Shown here: positions 22,701 to 37,700 of the stretch, in pieces
Position numbering within the stretch: the stretch's first letter is position 1
How the letters are laid out: every line of letters starts with the position of its first letter
Source: Balanoglossus misakiensis
Taxonomy: Eukaryota > Animalia > Hemichordata
DNA length: 64,000 nucleotides
Assembly: GCA_040954595.2 (NCBI GenBank)
Contig: CM082584.2
Coordinates: 2,697,344 to 2,761,343, forward strand
Reading direction: 5' to 3'
Notes under the pieces: model-generated
What the model saw: only the letters and a program-made list of their open reading frames with translations
Database searches by the model: none
What the model was told of the DNA's origin: nothing
Program-made: the position numbers and the translations under genes

Positions 22701-25700
22701 CCTGATGCATCATAAAGCTTGCTACGCCATTTACCCTGATGCAAAGAATCAGATTCAATGTCATCATTGCATTAGCAATGTCAAAGTACAGTGCTTTTCG
22801 ACACGTATTAACCCACAGATTTTTCAACAAACTGAAATCCCCATATGCATTTAATACCCATGTCAAAGTGAAGTGTTTGCATCACTATCTACCCTGATGC
22901 ATCATAAAGCTTGCTACGCCATTTACCCTGATGCAAAGAATCAGATTCAATGTCATCGTTACATTAGCAATGTCAAAGTACAGTGCTTTTGGACACGTAT
23001 TAACCCAGGGATTTATCATCAACTTGAAATCCCCATATGCATTTAATACCCATGTCAAAGTGAAGTGATTGCATCACTATCTACCCTGATGCATCATCAA
23101 CCTTGCTTCGCCATTTGCCCAGATGCAAAGAATCAGATTCAATGTCATCGTTGCATTAGCAATGTCAAATTAGAGTGCTTTTGGCCACGTATTAACCTAT
23201 GGATTTACATTTAACATTAAATACCCATGTGAAAGTGCAGAGTTTGCATCACCATCTACTCTGATGCATCATTGAGCTTGCTTCGCCATTTGCCCTAATG
23301 CAAAGAATCCCATTCAATGTCACCATTGCATATGCAATGTCAAAGTACAGTGCTTTCCGCCACGTATTAACCCAGGGATTTACAGACAACTTTAAATCCC
23401 CCTGTAGGCATTTTATACCCATGTCAAAGTGCAGAGCTTGCATCACTATCTACCCTGATGCATAATCAACCTTGCTTCGCCATTTACCCTGATGCAAAGA
23501 ATCAGATTCAATGTCATCGCTGCATTAGCAATGTCAAAGTACAGTGTTTTTGGACACGTATTAACCCAGGGATTTACAGACAACTTTAAATCCCCCTGTA
23601 GGCATTTTATACCCATGTCAAAGTGAAGTGTTTGCATCACTATCTACCCTGATGTGTCATAAAGCTTGCTACGCCATTTACCCTGATGCAAAGAATCAGA
23701 TTCAATGTCATCATTGCATTAGCAATGTCAAAGTACAGTGCTTTTCGACACGTATTAACCCACAGATTTTTCAACAACCTGAAATCCCCATATGCATTTA
23801 ATACCCATGTCAAAGTGAAGTGTTTGCATCACTATCTACCCTGATGCATCATAAAGCTTGCTACGCCATTTACCCTGATGCAAAGAATCAGATTCAATGT
23901 CATCGTTGTATTAGCAATGTCAAAGTACAGTGCTTTTGGACACGTATTAACCCAGGGATTTATCATCAATTTGAAATCCCCATATGCATTTAATACCAAT
24001 GTCAAAGTGAAGTGATTGCATCACTATCTACCCTGATGCATCATCAACCTTGCTTCGCCATTTGCCCTGATGCAAAGAATCAGATTCAATGTCATCGTTG
24101 CCTTAGCAATGTCAAATTAGAGTGCTTTTGGCCACGTATTAACCTATGGATTTACATTTAACATTAAATACCCATGTGAAAGTGCAGAGTTTGCATCACC
24201 ATCTACTCTGATGCATCATTGAGCTTGCTTCGCCATTTGCCCTAATGCAAAGAATCCCATTCAATGTCACCATTGCATATGCAATGTCAAAGTACAGTGC
24301 TTTCCGCCACGTATTAACCCAGGGATTTACAGACAACTTTAAATCCCCCTGTAGGCATTTTATACCCATGTCAAAGTGCAGAGCTTGCATCACTATCTAC
24401 CCTGATGCATAATCAACCTTGCTTCGCCATTTACCCTGATGCAAAGAATCAGATTCAATGTCATCGTTGCATTAGCAATGTCAAAGTACAGTGCTTTTGG
24501 ACACGTATTAACCCAGGGATTTACAGACAACTTTAAATTCCCCTGTAGGCATTTTATACCCATGTCAAAGTGAAGTGTTTGCATCACTATCTACCCTGAT
24601 GCATCATAAAGCTTGCTACGCCATTTACCCTGATGCAAAGAATCAGATTCAATGTCATCATTGCATTAGCAATGTCAAAGTACAGTGCTTTTCGACACGT
24701 ATTAACCCACAGATTTTTCAACAACCTGAAATCCCCATATGCATTTAATACCCATGTCAAAGTGAAGTGTTTGCATCACTATCTACCCTGATGCATCATA
24801 AAGCTTGCTACGCCATTTACCCTGATGCAAAGAATCAGATTCAATGTCATCGTTACATTAGCAATGTCAAAGTACAGTGCTTTTGGACACGTATTAACCC
24901 AGGGATTTATCATCAACTTGAAATCCCCATATGCATTTAATACCCATGTCAAAGTGAAGTGATTGCATCACTATCTACCCTGATGCATCATCAACCTTGC
25001 TTCGCCATTTGCCCAGATGCAAAGAATCAGATTCAATGTCATCGTTGCATTAGCAATGTCAAATTAGAGTGCTTTTGGCCACGTATTAACCTATGGATTT
25101 ACATTTAACATTAAATACCCATGTGAAAGTGCAGAGTTTGCATCACCATCTACTCTGATGCATCATTGAGCTTGCTTCGCCATTTGCCCTAATGCAAAGA
25201 ATCCCATTCAATGTCACCATTGCATATGCAATGTCAAAGTACAGTGCTTTCCGCCACGTATTAACCCAGGGATTTACAGACAACTTTAAATCCCCCTGTA
25301 GGCATTTTATACCCATGTCAAAGTGCAGAGCTTGCATCACTATCTACCCTGATGCATAATCAACCTTGCTTCGCCATTTACCCTGATGCAAAGAATCAGA
25401 TTCAATGTCATCGCTGCATTAGCAATGTCAAAGTACAGTGTTTTTGGACACGTATTAACCCAGGGATTTACAGACAACTTTAAATCCCCCTGTAGGCATT
25501 TTATACCCATGTCAAAGTGAAGTGTTTGCATCACTATCTACCCTGATGCGTCATAAAGCTTGCTACGCCATTTACCCTGATGCAAAGAATCAGATTCAAT
25601 GTCATCATTGCATTAGCAATTTCAAAGTACAGTGCTTTTGGACACGTATTAACCCACAGATTTTTCAACAACCTGAAATCCCCATATGCATTTAATACCC

Positions 25701-28700
25701 ATGTCAAAGTGAAGTGTTTGCATCACTATCTACCCTGATGCGTCATAAAGCTTGCTACGCCATTTACCCTGATGCAAAGAATCAGATTCAATGTCATCAT
25801 TGCATTAGCAATGTCAAAGTACAGTGCTTTTGGACACGTATTAACCCACAGATTTTTCAACAACCTGAAATCCCCATATGCATTTAATACCCATGTCAAA
25901 GTGAAGTGTTTGCATCACTATCTACCCTGATGCGTCATAAAGCTTGCTACGCCATTTACCCTAATGCAAAGAATCAGATTCAATGTCATCGTTGCATTAG
26001 CAATGTCAAAGTACAGTGCTTTTTGGACACGTATTAACCCACAGATTTTTCAACAACCTGAAATCCCCATATGCATTTAATACCCATGTCAAAGTGAAGT
26101 GTTTGCATCACTATCTACCCTGATGCATCATAAAGCTTGCTACGCCATTTACCCTGATGCAAAGAATCAGATTCAATGTCATCGTTGCATTAGCAATGTC
26201 AAAGTACAGTGCTTTTGGACACGTATTAACCCAGGGATTTATCATCAATTTGAAATCCCCATATCCATTTAATTCCAATGTCAAAGTGAAGTGATTGCAT
26301 CACTATCTACCCTGATGCATCATCAACCTTGCTTCGCCATTTGCCCTGATGCAAAGAATCAAATTCAATGTCATCGTTGCATTAGCAATGTCAAATTAGA
26401 GTGCTTTTCGACACGTATTAACCTATGGATTTACATTTAACATTAAATACCCATGTGAAAGTGCAGAGTTTGCATCACCATCTACTCTGATGCATCATTG
26501 ATCTTGCTTCGCCATTTGCCCTAATGCAAAGAATCCCATTCAATGTCACCATTGCATATGCAATGTCAAAGTACAGTGCTTTCCGCCACGTATTAACCCA
26601 GGGATTTACAGACAACTTTAAATCCCCCTGTAGGCATTTTATACCCATGTCAAAGTGCAGAGCTTGCATCACTATCTACCCTGATGCATCATCAACCTTG
26701 CTTCGCCCTTTACCCTGATGCAAAGAATCAGATTCAATGTCATCGTTGCATTAGCAATGTCAAAGTACAGTGCTTTTGGACACGTATTAACCCAGGGATT
26801 TACAGACAACTTTAAATCCTTCTGTAGGCATTTTATACCCATGTCAAAGTGAAGTGTTTGCATCACTATCTACCCTGATGCATCATAAAGCTTGCTACGC
26901 CATTTACCCTGATGCAAAGAATCAGATTCAATGTCATCATTGCATTAGCAATTTCAAAGTACAGTGCTTTTGGACACGTATTAACCCACAGATTTTTCAA
27001 CAACCTGAAATCCCCATATGCATTTAATACCCATGTCAAAGTGAAGTGTTTGCATCACTATCTACCCTGATGCGTCATAAAGCTTGCTACGCCATTTACC
27101 CTGATGCAAAGAATCAGATTCAATGTCATCATTGCATTAGCAATGTCAAAGTACAGTGCTTTTGGACACGTATTAACCCACAGATTTTTCAACAACCTGA
27201 AATCCCCATATGCATTTAATACCCATGTCAAAGTGAAGTGTTTGCATCACTATCTACCCTGATGCGTCATAAAGCTTGCTACGCCATTTACCCTAATGCA
27301 AAGAATCAGATTCAATGTCATCGTTGCATTAGCAATGTCAAAGTACAGTGCTTTTGGACACGTATTAACCCACAGATTTTTCAACAACCTGAAATCCCCA
27401 TATGCATTTAATACCCATGTCAAAGTGAAGTGTTTGCATCACTATCTACCCTGATGCATCATAAAGCTTGCTACGCCATTTACCCTGATGCAAAGAATCA
27501 GATTCAATGTCATCGTTGCATTAGCAATGTCAAAGTACAGTGCTTTTGGACACGTATTAACCCAGGGATTTATCATCAATTTGAAATCCCCATATCCATT
27601 TAATTCCAATGTCAAAGTGAAGTGATTGCATCACTATCTACCCTGATGCATCATCAACCTTGCTTCGCCATTTGCCCTGATGCAAAGAATCAAATTCAAT
27701 GTCATCGTTGCATTAGCAATGTCAAATTAGAGTGCTTTTGGCCACGTATTAACCTATGGATTTACATTTAACATTAAATACCCATGTGAAAGTGCAGAGT
27801 TTGCATCACCATCTACTCTGATGCATCATTGATCTTGCTTCGCCATTTGCCCTAATGCAAAGAATCCCATTCAATGTCACCATTGCATATGCAATGTCAA
27901 AGTACAGTGCTTTCCGCCACGTATTAACCCAGGGATTTACAGACAACTTTAAATCCCCCTGTAGGCATTTTATACCCATGTCAAAGTGCAGAGCTTGCAT
28001 CACTATCTACCCTGATGCATCATCAACCTTGCTTCGCCCTTTACCCTGATGCAAAGAATCAGATTCAATGTCATCGTTGCATTAGCAATGTCAAAGTACA
28101 GTGCTTTTGGACACGTATTAACCCAGGGATTTACAGACAACTTTAAATCCTTCTGTAGGCATTTTATACCCATGTCAAAGTGAAGTGTTTGCATCACTAT
28201 CTACCCTGATGCATCATAAAGCTTGCTACGCCATTTACCCTGATGCAAAGAATAAGATTCAATGTCATCATTGCATTAGCAATGTCAAAGTACAGTGCTT
28301 TTCGACACGTATTAACCCACAGATTTTTCAACAACCTGAAATCCCCATATGCATTTAATACCCATGTCAAAGTGAAGTGTTTGCATCACTATCTACCCTG
28401 ATGCATCATAAAGCTTGCTACGCCATTTACCCTGATGCAAAGAATCAGATTCAATGTCATCGTTACATTAGCAATGTCAAAGTACAGTGCTTTTGGACAC
28501 GTATTAACCCAGGGATTTATCATCAACTTGAAATCCCCATATGCATTTAATACCCATGTCAAAGTGAAGTGATTGCATCACTATCTATCCTGATGCATCA
28601 TCAACCTTGCTTCGCCATTTGCCCTGATGCAAAGAATCAGATTCAATGTCATCGTTGCATTAGCAATGTCAAATTAGAGTGCTTTTGGCCACGTATTAAC

Positions 28701-31700
28701 CTATGGATTTACATTTAACATTAAATACCCATGTGAAAGTGCAGAGTTTGCATCACCATCTACTCTGATGCATCATTGAGCTTGCTTCGCCATTTGCCCT
28801 AATGCAAAGAATCCCATTCAATGTCACCATTGCATATGCAATGTCAAAGTACAGTGCTTTCCGCCACGTATTAACCCAGGGATTTACAGACAACTTTAAA
28901 TCCCCCAGTAGGCATTTTATACCCATGTCAAAGTGCAGAGCTTGCATCACTATCTACCCTGATGCATCATCAACCTTGCTTCGCCATTTACCCTGATGCA
29001 AAGAATCAGATTCAATGTCATCGTTGCATTAGCAATTTCAAAGTACAGTGCTTTTGGACACGTATTAACCCAGGGATTTACAGACAACTTTAAATCCCCC
29101 TGTAGGCATTTTACACCCATGTCAAAGTGAAGTGTTTGCATCACTATCTACCCTGATGCATCATAAAGCTTGCTACGCCATTTACCCTGATGCAAAGAAT
29201 CAGATTCAATGTCATCATTGCATTAGCAATGTCAAAGTACAGTGCTTTTGGACACGTACTAACCCACAGATTTTTCAACAACCTGAAATCCCCATATGCA
29301 TTTAATACCCATGTCAAAGTGAAGTGTTTGCATCACTATCTACCCTGATGCGTCATAAAGCTTGCTACGCCATTTACCCTGATGCAAAGAATCAGATTCA
29401 ATGTCATCGTTGCATTAGCAATGTCAAAGTACAGTGCTTTTGGACACGTATTAACCCACAGATTTTTCAACAACCTGAAATCCCCATATGCATTTAATAC
29501 CCATGTCAAAGTGAAGTGTTTGCATCACTATCTACCCTGATGCATCATAAAGCTTGCTACGCCATTTACCCTGATGCAAAGAATCAGATTCAATGTCATC
29601 GTTGCATTAGCAATGTCAAAGTACAGTGCTTTTGGACACGTATTAACCCAGGGATTTATCATCAATTTGAAATCCCCATATGCATTTAATACCAATGTCA
29701 AAGTGAAGTGATTGCATCACTATCTACCCTGATGCATCATCAACCTTGCTTCGCCATTTGCCCTGATGCAAAGAATCAGATTCAATGTCATCGTTGCATT
29801 AGCAATGTCAAATTAGAGTGCTTTTGGCCACGTATTAACCTATGGATTTACATTTAACATTAAATACCCATGTGAAAGTGCAGAGTTTGCATCACCATCT
29901 ACTCTGATGCATCATTGAGCTTGCTTCGCCATTTGCCCTAATGCAAAGAATCCCATTCAATGTCACCATTGCATATGCAATGTCAAAGTACAGTGCTTTC
30001 CGCCACGTATTAACCCAGGGATTTACAGACAACTTTAAATCCCCCTGTAGGCATTTTATACCCATGTCAAAGTGCAGAGCTTGCATCACTATCTACCCTG
30101 ATGCATCATCAACCTTGCTTCGCCATTTACCCTGATGCAAAGAATCAGATTCAATGTCATCGTTGCATTAGCAATGTCAAAGTACAGTGCTTTTGGACAC
30201 GTATTAACCCAGGGATTTACAGACAACTTTAAATCCCCCTGTAGGCATTTTATACCCATGTCAAAGTGAAGTGTTTGCATCACTATCTACCCTGATGCAT
30301 CATAAAGCTTGTTACGCCATTTACCCTGATGCAAAGAATCAGATTCAATGTCATCATTGCATTAGCAATGTCAAAGTACAGTGCTTTTCGACACGTATTA
30401 ACCCACAGATTTTTCAACAACCTGAAATCCCCATATGCATTTAATACCCATGTCAAAGTGAAGTGTTTGCATCACTATCTACCCTGATGCATCATAAAGC
30501 TTGCTACGCCATTTACCCTGATGCAAAGAATCAGATTCAATGTCATCGTTATATTAGCAATGTCAAAGTACAGTGCTTTTGGACACGTATTAACCCAGGG
30601 ATTTATCATCAACTTGAAATCCCCATATGCATTTAATACCCATGTCAAAGTGAAGTGATTGCATCACTATCTACCCTGATGCATCATCAACCTTGCTTCG
30701 CCATTTACCCTGATGCAAAGAATCAGATTCAATGTCATCGTTGCATTAGCAATGTCAAAGTACAGTGCTTTTGGACACGTATTAACCCAGGGATTTACAG
30801 ACAACTTTAAATCCCCCTGTAGGCATTTTATACCCATGTCAAAGTGAAGTGTTTGCATCACTATCTACCCTGATGCATCATAAAGCTTGTTACGCCATTT
30901 ACCCTGATGCAAAGAATCAGATTCAATGTCATCATTGCATTAGCAATGTCAAAGTACAGTGCTTTTCGACACGTATTAACCCACAGATTTTTCAACAACC
31001 TGAAATCCCCATATGCATTTAATACCCATGTCAAAGTGAAGTGTTTGCATCACTATCTACCCTGATGCATCATAAAGCTTGCTACGCCATTTACCCTGAT
31101 GCAAAGAATCAGATTCAATGTCATCGTTATATTAGCAATGTCAAAGTACAGTGCTTTTGGACACGTATTAACCCAGGGATTTATCATCAACTTGAAATCC
31201 CCATATGCATTTAATACCCATGTCAAAGTGAAGTGATTGCATCACTATCTATCCTGATGCATCATCAACCTTGCTTCGCTATTTGCCCTGATGCAAAGAA
31301 TCAGATTCAATGTCATCGTTGCATTAGCAATGTCAAATTAGAGTGCTTTTGGCCACGTATTAACCTATGGATTTACATTTAACATTAAATACCCATGTGA
31401 AAGTGCAGAGTTTGCATCACCATCTACTCTGATGCATCATTGAGCTTGCTTCGCCATTTGCCCTAATGCAAAGAATCCCATTCAATGTCACCATTGCAAA
31501 TGCAATGTCAAAGTACAGTGCTTTCCGCCACGTATTAACCCAGGGATTTACAGCCAACTTTAAATCCCCCAGTAGGCATTTTATACCCATGTCAAAGTGC
31601 AGAGCTTGCATCACTATCTACCCTGATGCATCATCAACCTTGCTTCGCCATTTACCCTGATGCAAAGAATCAGATTCAATGTCATCGTTGCATTAGCAAT

Positions 31701-34700
31701 GTCAAAGTACAGTGCTTTTGGACACGTATTAACCCAGGGATTTACAGACAACTTTAAATCCCCCTGTAGGCATTTTACACCCATGTCAAAGTGAAGTGTT
31801 TGCATCACTATCTACCCAGATGCATCATAAAGCTTGCTACGCCATTTACCCTGATGCAAAGAATCAGATTCAATGTCATCGTTGCATTAGCAATGTCAAA
31901 GTACAGTGCTTTTGGACACGTATTAACCCAGGGATTTACAGACAACTTTAAATCCCCCTGTAGGCATTTTATACCCATGTCAAAGTGAAGTGTTTGCATC
32001 ACTATCTACCCTGATGCATCATAAAGCTTGTTACGCCATTTACCCTGATGCAAAGAATCAGATTCAATGTCATCATTGCATTAGCAATGTCAAAGTACAG
32101 TGCTTTTCGACACGTATTAACCCACAGATTTTTCAACAACCTGAAATCCCCATATGCATTTAATACCCATGTCAAAGTGAAGTGTTTGCATCACTATCTA
32201 CCCTGATGCATCATAAAGCTTGCTACGCCATTTACCCTGATGCAAAGAATCAGATTCAATGTCATCGTTATATTAGCAATGTCAAAGTACAGTGCTTTTG
32301 GACACGTATTAACCCAGGGATTTATCATCAACTTGAAATCCCCATATGCATTTAATACCCATGTCAAAGTGAAGTGATTGCATCACTATCTATCCTGATG
32401 CATCATCAACCTTGCTTCGCTATTTGCCCTGATGCAAAGAATCAGATTCAATGTCATCGTTGCATTAGCAATGTCAAATTAGAGTGCTTTTGGCCACGTA
32501 TTAACCTATGGATTTACATTTAACATTAAATACCCATGTGAAAGTGCAGAGTTTGCATCACCATCTACTCTGATGCATCATTGAGCTTGCTTCGCCATTT
32601 GCCCTAATGCAAAGAATCCCATTCAATGTCACCATTGCAAATGCAATGTCAAAGTACAGTGCTTTCCGCCACGTATTAACCCAGGGATTTACAGCCAACT
32701 TTAAATCCCCCAGTAGGCATTTTATACCCATGTCAAAGTGCAGAGCTTGCATCACTATCTACCCTGATGCATCATCAACCTTGCTTCGCCATTTACCCTG
32801 ATGCAAAGAATCAGATTCAATGTCATCGTTGCATTAGCAATGTCAAAGTACAGTGCTTTTGGACACGTATTAACCCAGGGATTTACAGACAACTTTAAAT
32901 CCCCCTGTAGGCATTTTATACCCATGTCAAAGTGAAGTGTTTGCATCACTATCTACCCTGATGCATCATAAAGCTTGTTACGCCATTTACCCTGATGCAA
33001 AGAATCAGATTCAATGTCATCATTGCATTAGCAATGTCAAAGTACAGTGCTTTTCGACACGTATTAACCCACAGATTTTTCAACAACCTGAAATCCCCAT
33101 ATGCATTTAATACCCATGTCAAAGTGAAGTGTTTGCATCACTATCTACCCTGATGCATCATAAAGCTTGCTACGCCATTTACCCTGATGCAAAGAATCAG
33201 ATTCAATGTCATCGTTATATTAGCAATGTCAAAGTACAGTGCTTTTGGACACGTATTAACCCAGGGATTTATCATCAACTTGAAATCCCCATATGCATTT
33301 AATACCCATGTCAAAGTGAAGTGATTGCATCACTATCTATCCTGATGCATCATCAACCTTGCTTCGCTATTTGCCCTGATGCAAAGAATCAGATTCAATG
33401 TCATCGTTGCATTAGCAATGTCAAATTAGAGTGCTTTTGGCCACGTATTAACCTATGGATTTACATTTAACATTAAATACCCATGTGAAAGTGCAGAGTT
33501 TGCATCACCATCTACTCTGATGCATCATTGAGCTTGCTTCGCCATTTGCCCTAATGCAAAGAATCCCATTCAATGTCACCATTGCAAATGCAATGTCAAA
33601 GTACAGTGCTTTCCGCCACGTATTAACCCAGGGATTTACAGCCAACTTTAAATCCCCCAGTAGGCATTTTATACCCATGTCAAAGTGCAGAGCTTGCATC
33701 ACTATCTACCCTGATGCATCATCAACCTTGCTTCGCCATTTACCCTGATGCAAAGAATCAGATTCAATGTCATCGTTGCATTAGCAATGTCAAAGTACAG
33801 TGCTTTTGGACACGTATTAACCCAGGGATTTACAGACAACTTTAAATCCCCCTGTAGGCATTTTACACCCATGTCAAAGTGAAGTGTTTGCATCACTATC
33901 TACCCAGATGCATCATAAAGCTTGCTACGCCATTTACCCTGATGCAAAGAATCAGATTCAATGTCATCGTTGCATTAGCAATGTCAAAGTACAGTGCTTT
34001 TGGACACGTATTAACCCACAGATTTTTCAACAACCTGAAATCCCCATATGCATTTAATACCCATGTCAAAGTGAAGTGTTTGCATCACTATCTACCCTGA
34101 TGCATCATAAAGCTTGCTACGCCATATACCCTGATGCAAAGAATCAGATTCAATGTCATCGTTGCATTAGCAATGTCAAATTAGAGTGCTTTTGGCCACG
34201 TATTAACCTATGGATTTACATTTAACATTAAATACCCATGTGAAAGTGCAGAGTTTGCATCACCATCTACTGTGATGCATCATTGAGCTTGCTTCGCCAT
34301 TTGCCCTAATGCAAAGAATCCCATTCAATGTCACCATTGCATATGCAATGTCAAAGTACAGTGCTTTCCGCCACGTATTAACCCAGGGATTTACAGACAA
34401 CTTTAAATCCCCCAGTAGGCATTTTATACCCATGTCAAAGTGCAGAGCTTGCATCACTATCTACCCTGATGCATCATCAACCTTGCTTCGCCATTTACCC
34501 TGATGCAAAGAATCAGATTCAATGTCATCGTTGCATTAGCAATGTCAAAGTACAGTGCTTTTGGACACGTATTAACCCAGGGATTTACAGACAACTTTAA
34601 ATCCCCCTGTAGGCATTTTATACCCATGTCAAAGTGAAGTGTTTGCATCACTATCTACCCTGATGCATCATAAAGCTTGTTACGCCATTTACCCTGATGC

Positions 34701-37700
34701 AAAGAATCAGATTCAATGTCATCATTGCATTAGCAATGTCAAAGTACAGTGCTTTTCGACACGTATTAACCCACAGATTTTTCAACAACCTGAAATCCCC
34801 ATATGCATTTAATACCCATGTCAAAGTGAAGTGTTTGCATCACTATCTACCCTGATGCATCATAAAGCTTGCTACGCCATTTACCCTGATGCAAAGAATC
34901 AGATTCAATGTCATCGTTATATTAGCAATGTCAAAGTACAGTGCTTTTGGACACGTATTAACCCAGGGATTTATCATCAACTTGAAATCCCCATATGCAT
35001 TTAATACCCATGTCAAAGTGAAGTGATTGCATCACTATCTATCCTGATGCATCATCAACCTTGCTTCGCTATTTGCCCTGATGCAAAGAATCAGATTCAA
35101 TGTCATCGTTGCATTAGCAATGTCAAATTAGAGTGCTTTTGGCCACGTATTAACCTATGGATTTACATTTAACATTAAATACCCATGTGAAAGTGCAGAG
35201 TTTGCATCACCATCTACTCTGATGCATCATTGAGCTTGCTTCGCCATTTGCCCTAATGCAAAGAATCCCATTCAATGTCACCATTGCAAATGCAATGTCA
35301 AAGTACAGTGCTTTCCGCCACGTATTAACCCAGGGATTTACAGCCAACTTTAAATCCCCCAGTAGGCATTTTATACCCATGTCAAAGTGCAGAGCTTGCA
35401 TCACTATCTACCCTGATGCATCATCAACCTTGCTTCGCCATTTACCCTGATGCAAAGAATCAGATTCAATGTCATCGTTGCATTAGCAATGTCAAAGTAC
35501 AGTGCTTTTGGACACGTATTAACCCAGGGATTTACAGACAACTTTAAATCCCCCTGTAGGCATTTTACACCCATGTCAAAGTGAAGTGTTTGCATCACTA
35601 TCTACCCAGATGCATCATAAAGCTTGCTACGCCATTTACCCTGATGCAAAGAATCAGATTCAATGTCATCGTTGCATTAGCAATGTCAAAGTACAGTGCT
35701 TTTGGACACGTATTAACCCACAGATTTTTCAACAACCTGAAATCCCCATATGCATTTAATACCCATGTCAAAGTGAAGTGTTTGCATCACTATCTACCCT
35801 GATGCATCATAAAGCTTGCTACGCCATATACCCTGATGCAAAGAATCAGATTCAATGTCATCGTTGCATTAGCAATGTCAAATTAGAGTGCTTTTGGCCA
35901 CGTATTAACCTATGGATTTACATTTAACATTAAATACCCATGTGAAAGTGCAGAGTTTGCATCACCATCTACTGTGATGCATCATTGAGCTTGCTTCGCC
36001 ATTTGCCCTAATGCAAAGAATCCCATTCAATGTCACCATTGCATATGCAATGTCAAAGTACAGTGCTTTCCGCCACGTATTAACCCAGGGATTTACAGAC
36101 AACTTTAAATCCCCCAGTAGGCATTTTATACCCATGTCAAAGTGCAGAGCTTGCATCACTATCTACCCTGATGCATCATCAACCTTGCTTCGCCATTTAC
36201 CCTGATGCAAAGAATCAGATTCAATGTCATCGTTGCATTAGCAATGTCAAAGTACAGTGCTTTTGGACACGTATTATAACCCACAGATTTTTCAACAACA
36301 TGAAATCCCCATATGCATTTAATACCCATGTCAAAGTGAAGTGTTTGCATCACTATCTACCCTGATGCATCATAAAGCTTGCTACGCCATATACCCTGAT
36401 GCAAAGAATCAGATTCAATGTCATCGTTGCATTAGCAATGTCAAAGTACAGTGCTTTTGGACACGTATTAACCCAGGGATTTATCATCAACTTGAAATCC
36501 CCATATGCATTTAATACCAATGTCAAAGTGAAGTGATTGCATCACTATCTACCCTGATGCATCATCAACCTTGCTTCGCCATTTGCCCTGATGCAGAGAA
36601 TCAGATTCAATGTCATCGTTTTATTAGCAATGTCAAATTAGAGTGCTTTTGGCCACGTATTAACCTATGGATTTACATTTAACATTAAATACCCATGTGA
36701 AAGTGCAGAGTTTGCATCACCATCTACTCTGATGAATCATTACGCTTGCTTACGAATTTGCCCTAATGCAAAGAATCCCATTCAATGTCACCATTGCATA
36801 TGCAATGTCAAAGTACAGTGCTTTCCGCCACGTATTAACCCAGGGATTTACAGACAACTTTAAATCCCCCTGTAGGCATTTTATACCCATGTTAAAGTGC
36901 AGAGCTTGCATCACTATCTACCCTGATGCATCATCAACCTTGCTTCGCCATTTACCCTGATGCAAAGAATCAGATTCAATGTCATCGCTGCATTAGCAAT
37001 GTCAAAGTACAGTGTTTTTGGACACGTATTAACCCAGGGATTTACAGACAACTTTAAATCCCCCTGTAGGCATTTTATACCCATGTCAAAGTGAAGTGTT
37101 TGCATCACTATCTACCCTGATGCATCATAAAGCTTGCTACGCCATTTACCCTGATGCAAAGAATCAGATTCAATGTCATCGTTGCATTAGCAATGTCAAA
37201 TTAGAGTGCTTTTGGCCACGTATTAACCTATGGATTTACATTTAACATTAAATACCCATGTGAAAGTGCAGAGTTTGCATCACCATCTACTCTGATGCAT
37301 CATTGAGCTTGCTTCGCCATTTGCCCTAATGCAAAGAATCCCATTCAATGTCACCATTGCATATGCAATGTCAAAGTACAGTGCTTTCCGCCACGTATTA
37401 ACCCAGGGATTTACAGACAACTTTAAATCCCCCTGTAGGCATTTTATACCCATGTCAAAGTGAAGTGTTTGCATCACTATCTACCCTGATGCATCATAAA
37501 GCTTGCTACGCCATTTACCCTGATGCAAAGAATCAGATTCAATGTCATCATTGCATTAGCAATGTCAAAGTACAGTGCTTTTCGACACGTATTAACCCAC
37601 AGATTTTTCAACAACCTGAAATCCCCATATGCATTTAATACCCATGACAAAGTGAAGTGTTTGCATTACTATCTACCCTGATGCATCATAAAGCTTGCTA